Positions 1 through 11,068 of a stretch of 64,000 bases of DNA are shown piece after piece. The notes below the pieces were generated by a model. That model ran no database searches and was not told where the DNA came from. It was given only the letters and a program-made list of their open reading frames with translations. Numbering within the stretch: the first letter of the stretch is position 1; every line of letters starts with the position of its first letter. The DNA comes from Phyllosticta citribraziliensis (lineage: Eukaryota), in the NCBI RefSeq assembly GCF_038025025.1, contig NW_027117343.1, forward strand, positions 1,116,001 to 1,180,000. Direction: 5' to 3'. The translations under genes were made by a program, and so were the position numbers.

Positions 1-42
1 ACTGTGCATTGATTCCCGCTTCTCTAGCTCCCGAATTGCACC

Positions 43-2142
43 ATGACGCTTCGCCGCTCCTCGCGCGCTCCACCGCCCGCCCACAGCAATTCGTCCTCGT
101 CCCTCTCCTCTCGCGATCGCACAACCCGTTCCAACAACAAGGCTTCCTCTCCCCACAAGTCGGCCTCTCCGGCCTCGCTCTCGTCAGAGGAGGGTGACGA
201 CGCCGCTCGTCATCGTCACAGCGAAGAGCCCCACACTCGACGCCGAACACGCGCCCAAGACATTGAAGAAGACGAGGCTGCCAAAATGGATGAGGACCTC
301 GACGATGACGTCGGCGACGATGAGGAAGAGACCACTCGCTGCATTTGCGGCTATCAGGAGTACCCAGGGCCGCCGTCAGATGACGAGCATCTGGCCGTCG
401 GTTCCGATCTCCAAGCCGAAGATGTCGGTGGTCTCTTCATCCAGTGCGACAAATGCAAAGTCTGGCAACACGGTGGCTGCGTCGGCATCATGGAGGAGAA
501 GGCTGTTCCCGAAAACTACTTTTGCGAGGAGTGCCGGAAGGATCTGCACAAACTCCTGTCAAGTCCCAAAGGGTACGTGGATATATCGACCTTTCTCACT
601 CTTCAACTGCAACCCAAACACCGTGTCTGCATCCGCTGGCGAGCGTCGCTGCTCTTTGCTACACTCCAGGTGGGGCGGTATCGCGGACGCGGCTATGCAG
701 GCGCCACCGGCGCCTATGGAAACACTCTGCTCAATGAAGTATCCCGGACTGTTGGACGGCTTGTTGACAACGTGGACATCCAGGCAAAAGTACTCCCACT
801 ACATTCCCGTCGTCGGCGACAAGCAGCCTCCCAAGGCAAACGTTCGCAAGGGCTCCATTTCCAAAGAGCACGAGCCGAAGGGCCCCAGGGACAAGGAAAA
901 GTCGAGAGCAAGCGTCGAGGCCCATACAAAGCGCCGTTCGACCATGAACAGTCGCGCGGCATACGATGACGACGAAGTCTTGCGCAAAGTCATCGAAGAA
1001 AGCAAAGGCGAGGGGGGCGCTGCAGAGCCCGAGACCAACAGCCGCAAGGGCAAGAGGACTCGGGACGAAAGCGAAGAGTAAGTTTGGCCAGTTCCGACCC
1101 GCTCTCAAATCCAATTGAGACCCGCTGACCGTGTTGTGCCATTGGCAGTGCGAAGCAAGGCATCAAGAGACAGAGGACCGGCTCTGGATCCTCTAGTTCT
1201 CCCGCGCCTTCGGAAATGGCCGAGTCGGAGGAAGAGGGTCGTTCCAAGTCCAATTCGACAAGCCAAAAGCAGAAGCCCCGAGGAGCTGCTGCAAGGAGCC
1301 AGCAAGAGCGTCTGCTCCGAGAGCAGAAGGAGAGGGAAAAGGAGCGCGCAGATTCCGTCGGGAAGAGAAAAGGTCGCGCGGAACGGAGGCGGGCCGAAGG
1401 TTAGCTGCTGGAAGCTTTTGCTCTTGGGAACAAGGTTGACCGGATGACAGAATCAATAGAGGCCCCGCCCGTTGGAGAAATCCGAGAAGAAACGGATCGA
1501 CACGAGTCTGAGAATCCTATAAATCAAACTCGCGATAATACTTCGTCGGCTCCTCCGCCACCATCGAGAAAAGGGAACAAGGCGGGTGGTCCGAGGCGCG
1601 GGGGCAATCGCGTCGGACGCAACCAATACACCCGAGACCGAGACAATCCTGCCAACGACAAGGCAGCATCTCCTCATCGCACTGGCTCCCGCGGCCTCAG
1701 GGACAAAGGGGACGAGGAATCGCATGCCAACGGAGCCGAAGCGTCAGCAAACGGAAGCGGTAGCGACGCTCCAATCGCTGCGCGAGGCCATAAAAACAAG
1801 AAGTCGGGCCTGTCGAAGATTGATAAGATTAGTTGGAAGGACATGAACGGCACAGCATCGCACATGCTGGAGTATATCTCGCGTGTCCAGGTTGAGATGG
1901 CCAGCGAGAAGACCAACACAACCAGCTCGGCCATGGCCGTGGTCAAGACTTTTCAGGTGATGAACGGCGAGAGCGGAAGCGGCTCAGACGGCAACGCGTC
2001 GGGAGACGCGAGCAAGGCGGTGCCCACTTCGAATGGCAAAGAGGAAGACTACGACGGGCTGAATAGCCTGGAGATGATGGACGTGCTCACGAGGAACCTC
2101 GTATTATGGCAGCAGAGCTTTGGCGAGCATCGCGACAAGTAG
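43..2142 (+). CDS. CTI6: PHD-finger protein, Cti6-like subunit of the Rpd3L histone deacetylase complex (4 exons)
   Basis: PHD motif TRCICG...FIQCDKCKVWQHGGCVGI...YFCEEC; KRRSTMNSRAAYDDDEVLRKVIEESK; C-terminal MLEYISRVQVEM...MMDVLTRNLVLWQQSFG. Introns 573-783, 1078-1148 and 1400-1450 join the ORF pieces in frame. Confidence 0.85.
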
Positions 2143-3097
2143 GAGGAGATCTTTGACAAACTGTTGTCATGCTGTCATGGGTTTTGTTTGGGAGCAGCCA
2201 GCTCGGCGTCGGACCGTGGGAGGTAATTGCTGTCGTTTGTAATTTGGTGTTTAAGGACGGGGGTTCATGTCTTGGGCGTTGGCCATGGGCCAGGAGGTTG
2301 GCGGCACTGGGACAGGAGTCGTCGGTTTAGTGTAGCTCAGTGACGACGTAGTCGGAAGCGAGAAGTTTAAACGCTCAAGGTGTTGCTGAGATCCCTGAAG
2401 GCCAGCAGACCCTGGAATTGAGTTGGGACCGGTTGGCGGGCACATCCAGATTGTCGCCAGAGGCAGATTGGCTGGCCAGGTCGAAGGCGTCCAGTCTGAC
2501 GCACGACGGACAGGAAGCTCGAGCATTCTGCGAGTGATTGGCGTTGGGGAGCGGGAGATTGATGCCGGCCCAATTTCTAAGCCCCCAGGCCCAAACCGGC
2601 CTAGCGAGGTATCGATCCGGGACCGACGACTGACTTGGACCTCTTCCCCATGCCCGCAACGTATCCGTGTGACAGCAGCACTCCGGACATCATCGTCGAC
2701 CAGACCCTCCAGTAAGTCGACCCTTTGCTTCTCCTCCTCCTCGTCATCATTTTTGCTCTGTTCTCGTCGGCTGCTGCGCTGCCCGGGCCCACGCCCGCCC
2801 GAGACAATTCTACAAACACCTCCACCGCGCACGACTGCTCCCCATCAGCGCCCGCCGCCGTCATTGAGCTTGTTTGCATCTCCATCTTCTGCTGCATCTC
2901 CTCCGTCCTAGAGGCTCCAGCCTGCGTCGGGGTGCTGTGCCTGTGCCTGCGCCAGCCCAGCCCAGCCTCGACAGCTGCCAGCAAGAATCTTTCAGCTAAC
3001 AGCGTCACTGTCGCAGCAGCCTACGTTGCCTGCATTTCGAAGCGCACACAGTCTGCTGCTTTTTCGCAAATCGTCCGGTAGCAATTCAGTGTCCACC

Positions 3098-5220
3098 ATG
3101 GCAGCTGCTACTGATGGATATCGAGGCTCCGGTTCGTTTGCCCCGCCGTTTCCTTCCTGCTTCACACACCTGCCACACAACCACCTCCACCACTTCCACC
3201 CAACCTTGCCTACCCGCCACCATCTCAACCATGGCCGCCTTGCTCCGGGACCTCATATGCCTTGCGACGTATTCGCTAATGTGTATACTTTCATGGGCAG
3301 GCTACGATTGGCGCTCCACCTCAATCCGGCATTCATCCCCAGACACAGTCTCTCCGCTCTACCCAGACCGTCCCATTAGGCGTATGGCGCTTCTCAAGAA
3401 AACCATTCATCCCACATTCTGGACGCTAACTTAGCATCACAGCCCTCCCAAAGCGCCGCCTGCGCTCGCGCCTCTCACCAGAGCAAGCAGAATCCATCAC
3501 GTATCCCACGCCCCCAGTGAGCTCGCCGCCAGTCTTCGACTTTCCCTACACGCACCCCGACAAGATTGCCAGCATCTCGACGCGACAACAGCGGGGTGAA
3601 AAGGACCATCAGTGCAGCTGCGGGGCAGATCACTCGGAACAGGAGAGCGAGGAAGACGAGGACGAGCGGCTTGGTTGGTTCCAGCCTCGGCGCAAAATAT
3701 CAGCCAAGGGTCTTCTGACAACTGACGCAGCCACGGGCGGTACGGGAACCAAACCGATTCCGCCAGGTTCGACCTCGTCAGCAGACGGTTACGAGTCTTT
3801 TGAAAACACGAACAACAAGAAGAAACGAAAGATACCTGTCTCGGGTAGCGCTGGCCATCACGGCAACTTGACGGCTGAGATGGCCAGCATGGGAATCTCC
3901 AACCACGGCGCCGGCGCTGCGCATGAAGAGTGCGAGAACACCGTGGGCCAGTACTACGGTAGCGGATCGTCTGCAGTGCCTGTGCCTGGCTCCGGCACCG
4001 GCATCTCAGGAGCCGGAAGAGGACGGTATGGCAGGTCAGCAGCGCGGTTCACGAACGAGCGGCGACCCCTTGGATCTTCAACATCCAGTCTAAACGCCTA
4101 TGCTAACGGCAACGGTGGCAGAGCAAGACCCAACGGCATTGGTGCTGGTGGCAAAGGCATGTTTCTCTTTGGAAAGTCTCATGGCGCAAACAGAGTGGCT
4201 AACCTTCGACAAGCTTCCACTGTTGACCACGGCATCATCTCCACCGCCATTGCTAACGCTCAAGCTGCTGGCAAATCCGTCAAAGGCAAGGAGAATATTA
4301 GTCTGCTCCAGCAAGAAGCCACAAAAGCGGCGCCTCAAAAGACGCAGTTTACATTTACTTGCGGTTCGCCGAACCAGCCGACTTGGCCGGGCCAGAACGG
4401 CTCTTACTCGAGCGGGCCCGATCTCCGTGCTCCTCCCCCAGCCCCATCATCCGCACCCGCATCACGCATACCACTCCCAGCGCAGTCGACTCGAGGCGTG
4501 ACCACGCATGCCACCCAAACAAGTCCTCAGATGAATGGCACACCGCAGGCTAGCACGGCTGGCCAGCAGGCTCCGCCAACCGCCAATTCCCAACAGCCTG
4601 CCCCGCAGCAGCAGCCGAAGAAGCCCCGCCGCAAACCCGAGAAAATCTACGCCATGGCAGCGCGTCGTAGACGCCTACAGCAAGAGTACACCAACTACCA
4701 CCATCCTCCATCCCGTGACGACATTTGGATATGCGAGTTTTGCGAATATGAGGACATCTTCGGCGAGCCACCGCGAGCTCTGATTCGTCAATACGAGATC
4801 AAAGACCGCAAGGAGCAAAAGCGAATGGCAGAGAAGCGGCGGCTGCTGGAAAAGGCAAAGATGAAGGGCAGGAAGGGCAAGAAGATGTGCAAAAATTCTC
4901 AGTCAAGAGCTCCTGCGTCCAACAGCCAGCATGCCCAGCCGCATGACCAGCATTACGACGATCAGCAGCTGCATCCAGACGATGGTGTGGAAGGGCAAGG
5001 GGACGAGTACTTTGAAGACGACTACGACGATGGCGCCCCTCCGCACGGCGGATCCGATATCGACGCCGGATACATACCTCCTCCCGCACCATCCGAGCCT
5101 CCAGACCCAAAGATACAGATGCAGGATCGGGGCATAAACACTGGAGAAGCCGTGGGAAGTTGCGAGTTTGGTCCTCCTCCTGGTGACCCAGACGACCGCA
5201 TTGCTACCCATGGCATCTGA
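3098..5220 (+). CDS. Conserved uncharacterised fungal protein with a C-terminal WICEFCEYE motif
   Basis: Spliced N-terminus MAAATDGYRGSG-YDWRS...SPLYPDRPIRP-LPKRRLRSRLS using introns 3132-3300 and 3382-3442. Continues into ORF 3517-5220 (YESFENTNNKKKRKIP, KTQFTFTC, WICEFCEYEDIFGEPPRALIRQYEIKDRK). A possible GC-AG intron lies at 4157-4213. Confidence 0.75.
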
Positions 5221-6834
5221 CGGGCCAGGTATGGGCTTATGCGGCGCATGCTGTCATTTGCTGGTCTTGCGTTCGTCGTGCGATGGTATTGGTCGGTTTA
5301 CTCGACGCTGTTTGGCTGGGGTGTGAGTGCGATATTTGGCCGGTGAGGACCATTCGCTGCTCACATTCCTTTTGTTCAGTTGCGCTTGTTTGTCTAGCAT
5401 TCTACGGCGTTTACGATTTGGTTCTGCGACGGCTGCTTTGGTTACGGCTTGTTTTTCCCATTTCGCCAAGCTTTTGGCTGACAGGGATATTTGATTATTC
5501 TGCTGCTCCTTCTCCAGTCTCTCGACTCGTGGGTATGGAGTAGCGACTTTCTTCTCCCCTCTTGGCATGGCGGCTGCATTTTGGACACGAACGAAGCATA
5601 CCAGCGATGGATGGAGATGACGAGGAACAGAAAACGATACACGATTGCATTTACAGCGCAGCGAGAGGCCGAGCACAGGATTCGGCGCTCATAGGAGGGC
5701 GGATGAGGAAAGGCGAGTACGAGTCGTCTGATCAGTCGTGGGATGGGAGCCGGTGGATGTTGACTCGGTTGGATTCGGCGCGGTAGGGCTGGGGAAGGCG
5801 AGTTGACGGACAAGACGAGATGAGGTGCCTCAATATCCATTGTCGGCTCAACACAACCTTTCTTTCTCCTGGTGAAGCTTGCTCGGCTCTCCTGTGCCGC
5901 TTCGCATCTCTTTCCCCCCTTTCACTCATGTCACCTCGTCTTCGTCCTCTTCCACGAATCAACCCTCACAACCTATCTTCTTCCTTTCCTATCCCCCATC
6001 ACCCCACCACTTTTATCCCTCTCTGTACAATACCCAATCCAGAGCTGACACACGCGCGGCATGTATGTGTGTAAACCGAACCTCCTCATCATCCCCTCCT
6101 TCCCCTACTTGTATCCGACACGCACGTACCTTGGCTAGGTAGCTACATTACCTCCTGTAGTTGTATGAGAGGAAGAAGACGAGGCACAGAGATGCAGATG
6201 ACATGCGGTAGATGCTGTGCGTGCTTTTGAGACATGTCTGAATTAAATACTCGAATTACACGGTCTGCGTTGTTTCCGTCTTGTTTTTTCGTTCTGGGTG
6301 TTTCGACGTGCTGGTGCTGAGGTTTGGTCTGACGTTGTGGATTCGACGATGCTTTCAGTGTGGTGTTGGCTGGTGCGGGCGAGGTGGCGCGGATCATGGA
6401 CATGTAGTGAGGATATGGGAGGAGGAAGTGCAGAAGTGAGCTGGGGAGGGGTGACGGCTAGCTCATCTGCGCATGCTGATAGTTGGTGAAGCAGGGATAG
6501 AGCAGAGAGAAAGGCCAGTGGGGACGCGTTGGAATGGCGGGAAAGTCACAGTTGACAAATGTGATGGTGTGTCGCAGTCAAACGTCACCACAACAACGAT
6601 AGGCACACCATGAGCTTTGTTCAAGCAAGTAGGCAGACGAGTGCGGTTGCCCCCTAGTCCTTCCATGAGCCACGAGAGGTTGGTGCATCAGTCGAGCAAG
6701 TGGGTCATCACATCGAAATGGAATCGGAGGTTGGTTGGGTTGGGGTTGATTTGGATTGGTTTGCTGGCCAGCCAGAAGGGCGGAAGTGTGAAGGTAGTGG
6801 TGGGGTGGTATCGTATGGCATTACATCCGTCTTT

Positions 6835-6856
6835 CTCTCTCTCTCTCTCTCTCTCC
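6835..6856. repeat. (CT)n microsatellite
   Basis: Run of ctctctct... seen directly. Confidence 0.9.
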
Positions 6857-7107
6857 CCCTCTCTTTTTCTTTCTTTTCTTTCAATCATTCGTTCAATCCG
6901 TTCGAATCCAATCCAGTCCAATCCAAACCGTCTCGTCTTGGTTCTCTCTACCCGGCCCAGCACAGTAGCACGTCATTTCGTCTCTATCCATCAAACACAC
7001 ATGCCCCGTCCCATGCCATGTCGTCGTATGCCCTCTTCTAGTAGTAGTACATCCAGGCAGCGGCGGTCCGACCCGACCCGCCCGCTCGTCTCGAGTCGCG
7101 TCACACC

Positions 7108-10100
7108 TCATCTCCTCGACGGGTCGACGTAGTACTCGCGCTCGCGCTCGCGCTCCCGCTCCCGCTCCCAGTCTTCGCGCTCGCGCTCGCGCTGCGGCTC
7201 GATCATGCGCGCCGGCGCTCTCCTCTCCCTCCCCCTTTCCTTCTCCCGCTCCGACTCCTCCTCGTCGCTGTCGTAGTTCGAGTCGTCGTCGGGCTGCGCT
7301 GCCGACGATTGGTGGCGCCTGCTCTTGCGGCGGTGGTGGCGGTCGTTGTCGCGCGAGGGAGCCGCTGCTGGTGTTGCCGTGGGCTGCTGTTGGGCGCTCG
7401 CTGCCGAAGAGAAGTCGCTGCGGCTGTGCTGGTCGTCTTCTTTTGCATTGGCAGATTGCGTTAGCGCGTCTAAGACTGTGTTGAGGACAGGGGTGATGAA
7501 GGTGCTGAGAGATGATTTCTTGGAGTGCTTGTTGCTAGCGGTGCTGGGGTCGTCCTGCTCTTTCGCGGCAATCAATGCCGCTGCCATGTCTGGCGCCACA
7601 GTCTTGTCGCTATCACCGCTGCTCGACGCATGCTCACTGCTGTGCTTGCGACGGTGGTGGCGTTTGCCGTGGCGCTTACTGTGTTTGGTGTAGAAATCGA
7701 GGTCGCCGCTAGCCTCTGTCGCGACAGTCTCTTCTGATAAAGAGCGGGTAGACGACGCGATTCGATACGCGAGCTTGTCTGCCTTTGCCGCAGCGACCTC
7801 ATGGGGCGAGGGGACTCTGGGTGCTGGGTGCTCTGAAGCATCTGATGGGTGTTTACCTCTGCCTTCACGAATCTCTCGCGTGCGATCGGCCAGGACTTGT
7901 ATCTCATCTTTGGTGAGAACCCTGAGCACAATCACGCAATCCATCCTTTCCTCGAACCGTTCCTTGGCCTCCTCGAGCGCTTCGGGGTTGACGAGTCTGC
8001 GGTCAATCTTTGTCCAACGGGCGTCTGGCGGAATGTCCTTTCCTTTCTTTGCATCCTTCATCGGAGCAACCCCTTCGCGGATAGGGTTGGGGTCTTCGGG
8101 AAATTTCTCAGTCGGTTTGCGAAGGATTCCCTTGGGCTTTTCGGAAGTATCTTTGTCCAGCTTGGGTGGGGATACAATGCGGACGCGGGATGTGCCATCC
8201 TCATTGGCAGACATGTGGCCAGGCTCGTCAGTCATGGCCTGGCCAAAAACACTGCTGCTGCGCTCAGCAGGCACCTTTGGCTCTGACCGCTCTGAACGAG
8301 GCTCAGCGTCGCGGTCTCGACGACGGCGGCGCTCTCTGTCACTACCAGAGTTGCTTCCATCTCGTTCCATCTTTGCGCCGCTTGCACGCTCCAGTTCCTG
8401 CTGGACACGCCGCCGGTACTCCTCATCGGGATCAAGTGAGGATGGCACCTGTTCACGGGGCTCACGGCGCCGTTCTTCGCGATCTCGGGTACCTTCCTTG
8501 TCAACGTAGTGCCGCTCCCGTGGAACGTCGCTCTCGTCAGAAGAATGGTGTCGGCGGTAATTCTTTTCTTCATCGGAATCCGTACGCTTCTCTCGGTCTC
8601 GGGGCCGACGGTCTTCCCGTCGTTCTTCACGACGTTCCTCGCGGTCACGGTGCTCATCTCGGCGTTCGGTTTGACGACCTTGGTGTTCTGCTAGTTGGTG
8701 GGCACCATAGGCCGCACCCATAGCCACGGCTGCAGTAGGGAGAACGCTTGACTTGTGGTCCCGGTCACGTTCGCGGTCAGAACGGTCTGTGTCTCGGTCC
8801 CGATCGCGACCCCGTTCGCCGCGTTCCCGTTCGCGCTCACGCTCGCGGTCGCGGTCGTAGTCTTTTCGTCGCTCCCTGTCCAGGTCTCTGTCCCGCAGAC
8901 GTTCTTGGTCGTAGTCTCGCTCCCGGTCATGCCTGGCGGGTTCCCTGTAATCATCGCGCTTGGGTTGAGGCACGTAGTCGTTGACATTGGGAAGGTGGAC
9001 GGAGGGCTCGACTTGGTAAGTGGGAGCCGGAGGCACGGCGCGGCGTTCCAAGACTTTGTCGTGAGAGGCGTGGTAAGGATCAGTCCCTGGTCCAACACTG
9101 CTGGGTCTGATGCCGAATCCTCGTGATTCGACGTCAGGATCGTCGAGCCGTGGCGGATATGCGGTGCGGTCGTCATAGTCGGACCGGTAGTTGTAGCGGT
9201 CGTCTCGCACCTCAGCTTCAGGTCGGGTGGCAGATCGATGCACATAGTCTGAATCGCGATAGTACGAGTCTGCCGTAGTGGACCTGTCCTGTGCCCGCTC
9301 GCGAGAAGAATCCCGGCCACGCTCACGAAGGCTGCTCGTCCTACCCACGGCACCTACGGCGGCTCCCACGGTGGTGGCGGCAGCCAGGCCGTTGATCTTG
9401 TCAAAACCCCGCGTCGTGACTGGAGGGCCGCCAAGGTCCCGGGCCGACGTCCGAGGACCGTAGCTGTCCATCATGCTGGTCGGGCGGCGATTCCGCGAGT
9501 CGATGCTGTTGGAGCGACCCCGCCAGCTTGGCTCGGTGTCTCTGTACATGCCGGCGGGGTCAGTGTACGAGTACTCGCTGTCATTGACCTCTCTGACTGG
9601 ATAACGTTGGGTGGTCGTGTGATAGGCCTTGGTTTGTGTGACGTAGTTGTCCTCTCGGCCGCTATCCCGCCCGCTATCTCGTCGTCTCGCTTCCACTTCT
9701 CGGGGATCGACTCGAACGGCTTCGCCATGATCGATGCTGTACACCTTTCGATGGCTGTGGCCGTGAGGATGGTGGCCTTGTCGAGACGATGGTCTTGCAC
9801 TGGGAGTGGACGTGGTGACGTAGGTGCTCTTTGTGGTGTCGCCGAAAGTGTGGACGGATGAGGACGGGCTGGACGAGCGATCGTAGTGAGAAGTGCGCAA
9901 TGGCACGTTCAAGGTGCTCGCTGGGCGGTCTCTAGTGTCGACGGTAGAGCGACGTGGTCTTCCAGAGTAGACGTCGTAGGAGCTGCGGGTTGCGGCGCTG
10001 GGGGCGGTCGAGTAGTTGACTCGGTCTCCGCTGGACCTGGGCGAGCGATAGGCCGAGTTGTAGTAGGCGGCGTCATAGGTACCAAAGGTGCCGGTCGAGG

Positions 10101-10167
10101 CGCGTGCCGGGTCAGCTATGCGCCTCCCGCCAGGAGAGGAGGGACGGTGGTAATGCCTCGAGTCCAT
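7108..10167 (-). CDS. Arg/Asp/Glu-rich conserved fungal protein with a C-terminal domain resembling DUF8035
   Basis: 1086-aa ORF containing KGILRKPTEKFPEDPNPIREGVAP...ARWTKIDRRLVNPEALEEAKERFEERMDCVIVLRVLTKDEI. The ORF-track ATG at 10368 sits inside a likely 3' splice site (gctgac...atgacag), so the ATG at 10167 (MDSRHYHRP) is preferred. Probable intron 7856-7440. Confidence 0.7.
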   Translation of the reverse strand: MDSRHYHRPSSPGGRRIADPARASTGTFGTYDAAYYNSAYRSPRSSGDRVNYSTAPSAATRSSYDVYSGRPRRSTVDTRDRPASTLNVPLRTSHYDRSSSPSSSVHTFGDTTKSTYVTTSTPSARPSSRQGHHPHGHSHRKVYSIDHGEAVRVDPREVEARRRDSGRDSGREDNYVTQTKAYHTTTQRYPVREVNDSEYSYTDPAGMYRDTEPSWRGRSNSIDSRNRRPTSMMDSYGPRTSARDLGGPPVTTRGFDKINGLAAATTVGAAVGAVGRTSSLRERGRDSSRERAQDRSTTADSYYRDSDYVHRSATRPEAEVRDDRYNYRSDYDDRTAYPPRLDDPDVESRGFGIRPSSVGPGTDPYHASHDKVLERRAVPPAPTYQVEPSVHLPNVNDYVPQPKRDDYREPARHDRERDYDQERLRDRDLDRERRKDYDRDRERERERERGERGRDRDRDTDRSDRERDRDHKSSVLPTAAVAMGAAYGAHQLAEHQGRQTERRDEHRDREERREERREDRRPRDREKRTDSDEEKNYRRHHSSDESDVPRERHYVDKEGTRDREERRREPREQVPSSLDPDEEYRRRVQQELERASGAKMERDGSNSGSDRERRRRRDRDAEPRSERSEPKVPAERSSSVFGQAMTDEPGHMSANEDGTSRVRIVSPPKLDKDTSEKPKGILRKPTEKFPEDPNPIREGVAPMKDAKKGKDIPPDARWTKIDRRLVNPEALEEAKERFEERMDCVIVLRVLTKDEIQVLADRTREIREGRGKHPSDASEHPAPRVPSPHEVAAAKADKLAYRIASSTRSLSEETVATEASGDLDFYTKHSKRHGKRHHRRKHSSEHASSSGDSDKTVAPDMAAALIAAKEQDDPSTASNKHSKKSSLSTFITPVLNTVLDALTQSANAKEDDQHSRSDFSSAASAQQQPTATPAAAPSRDNDRHHRRKSRRHQSSAAQPDDDSNYDSDEEESEREKERGRERRAPARMIEPQREREREDWEREREREREREYYVDPSRR

Positions 10168-10703
10168 GGGTCGCGGCGGGTGAGGGACAGAGTAGGCGTG
10201 GGTGGGGACGTGGGGAAGCGAGTTGCTCGAGGCGCGCGGGCGAGAGTAGGGGTAGTTGTGAGCGGCGGAATGGGTATAAGGCGTGGTGGAGAGACGCCTT
10301 TGGAAGTGGTGAGAAGGCTGGGTTTGGTGAGAGACGGGCGTAGGCCCGCGTGCAAGGACTCCTGTCATGGTGAGCAGAAGGGTCAGCGTCAGAGCCTCAG
10401 ACTGGGGAATGGCGGCGGGCGACGGAGCTCACAGGTTTTATTCAGAACGCTAGTCGGTCAAAGGCGCTGAGCTGGCCGAAGCGTTGCACGGGTAGCGCTG
10501 AGGGGACGTGGTGAGTTTCAAGGACACCCTGGGATGGGTGCAGAGGCCAGAGGGTTGCAGGCGTGTTTGGAGACGGAGTGGGCTGAAGCTAGAGGGTGGC
10601 TCGAGGGTCTGAAGAGTGGGTTTGGTGCGGTCCGGGTGCGGGCTGGGAGATGCAGGACAGCCGAAGGCAGGACAACAGCTGGACAGGGTTGTGGTTGTGC
10701 GGC

Positions 10704-10728
<25 letters not shown>
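10704..10728. repeat. (GA)n microsatellite
   Basis: Run of agagagag... seen directly; a second (CT)n run lies near 10865-10883. Confidence 0.9.
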
Positions 10729-10734
<6 letters not shown>

Positions 10735-11015
10735 GTGGGAGAGCGGTCGGTCGGGAGGAGGAGGCGATGGACGATGATGGGCGGTCAGAGTGAGTGAGTG
10801 GAGGGAGCAATCCTGCCTGACTGACGCCCATGACGCGCCACCCACATCACCCTCGACTTTTTTTTCTCTCTCTCTCTCTCTCTTTTTCTTTCGCTCCTCT
10901 TCCTCCTACGGTTCTCTACACTACACACGTATGTACATGGCTTCATGTCCTGTCCCTTTGACGAGGGCACGGCAGTGCGCTTCAAGTATCCCCCATGTCC
11001 TTGTCCTGGAGAAGG

Positions 11016-11068
11016 GTCCCGTCCCGGTCCCAGTCCCAGTCCCGGTCCCAGTCCCAGTCCCAGTCCCC
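11016..11068. repeat. GTCCC(A/G) hexamer tandem repeat, about 8 units
   Basis: gtcccgtcccggtcccagtcccagtcccggtcccagtcccagtcccagtcccc. Confidence 0.85.

Noticed and set aside
2725..3081. ORF resembling a small secreted Cys-rich protein (LLLLLVIIFALFSSAAALP...)
   Set aside because: It has no ATG start. It lies mostly within a likely 5' UTR intron (GTAAGT at 2712, GCTAAC near 2995, CAG at 3015) of the next gene, and pyrimidine-rich DNA explains the hydrophobic translation.
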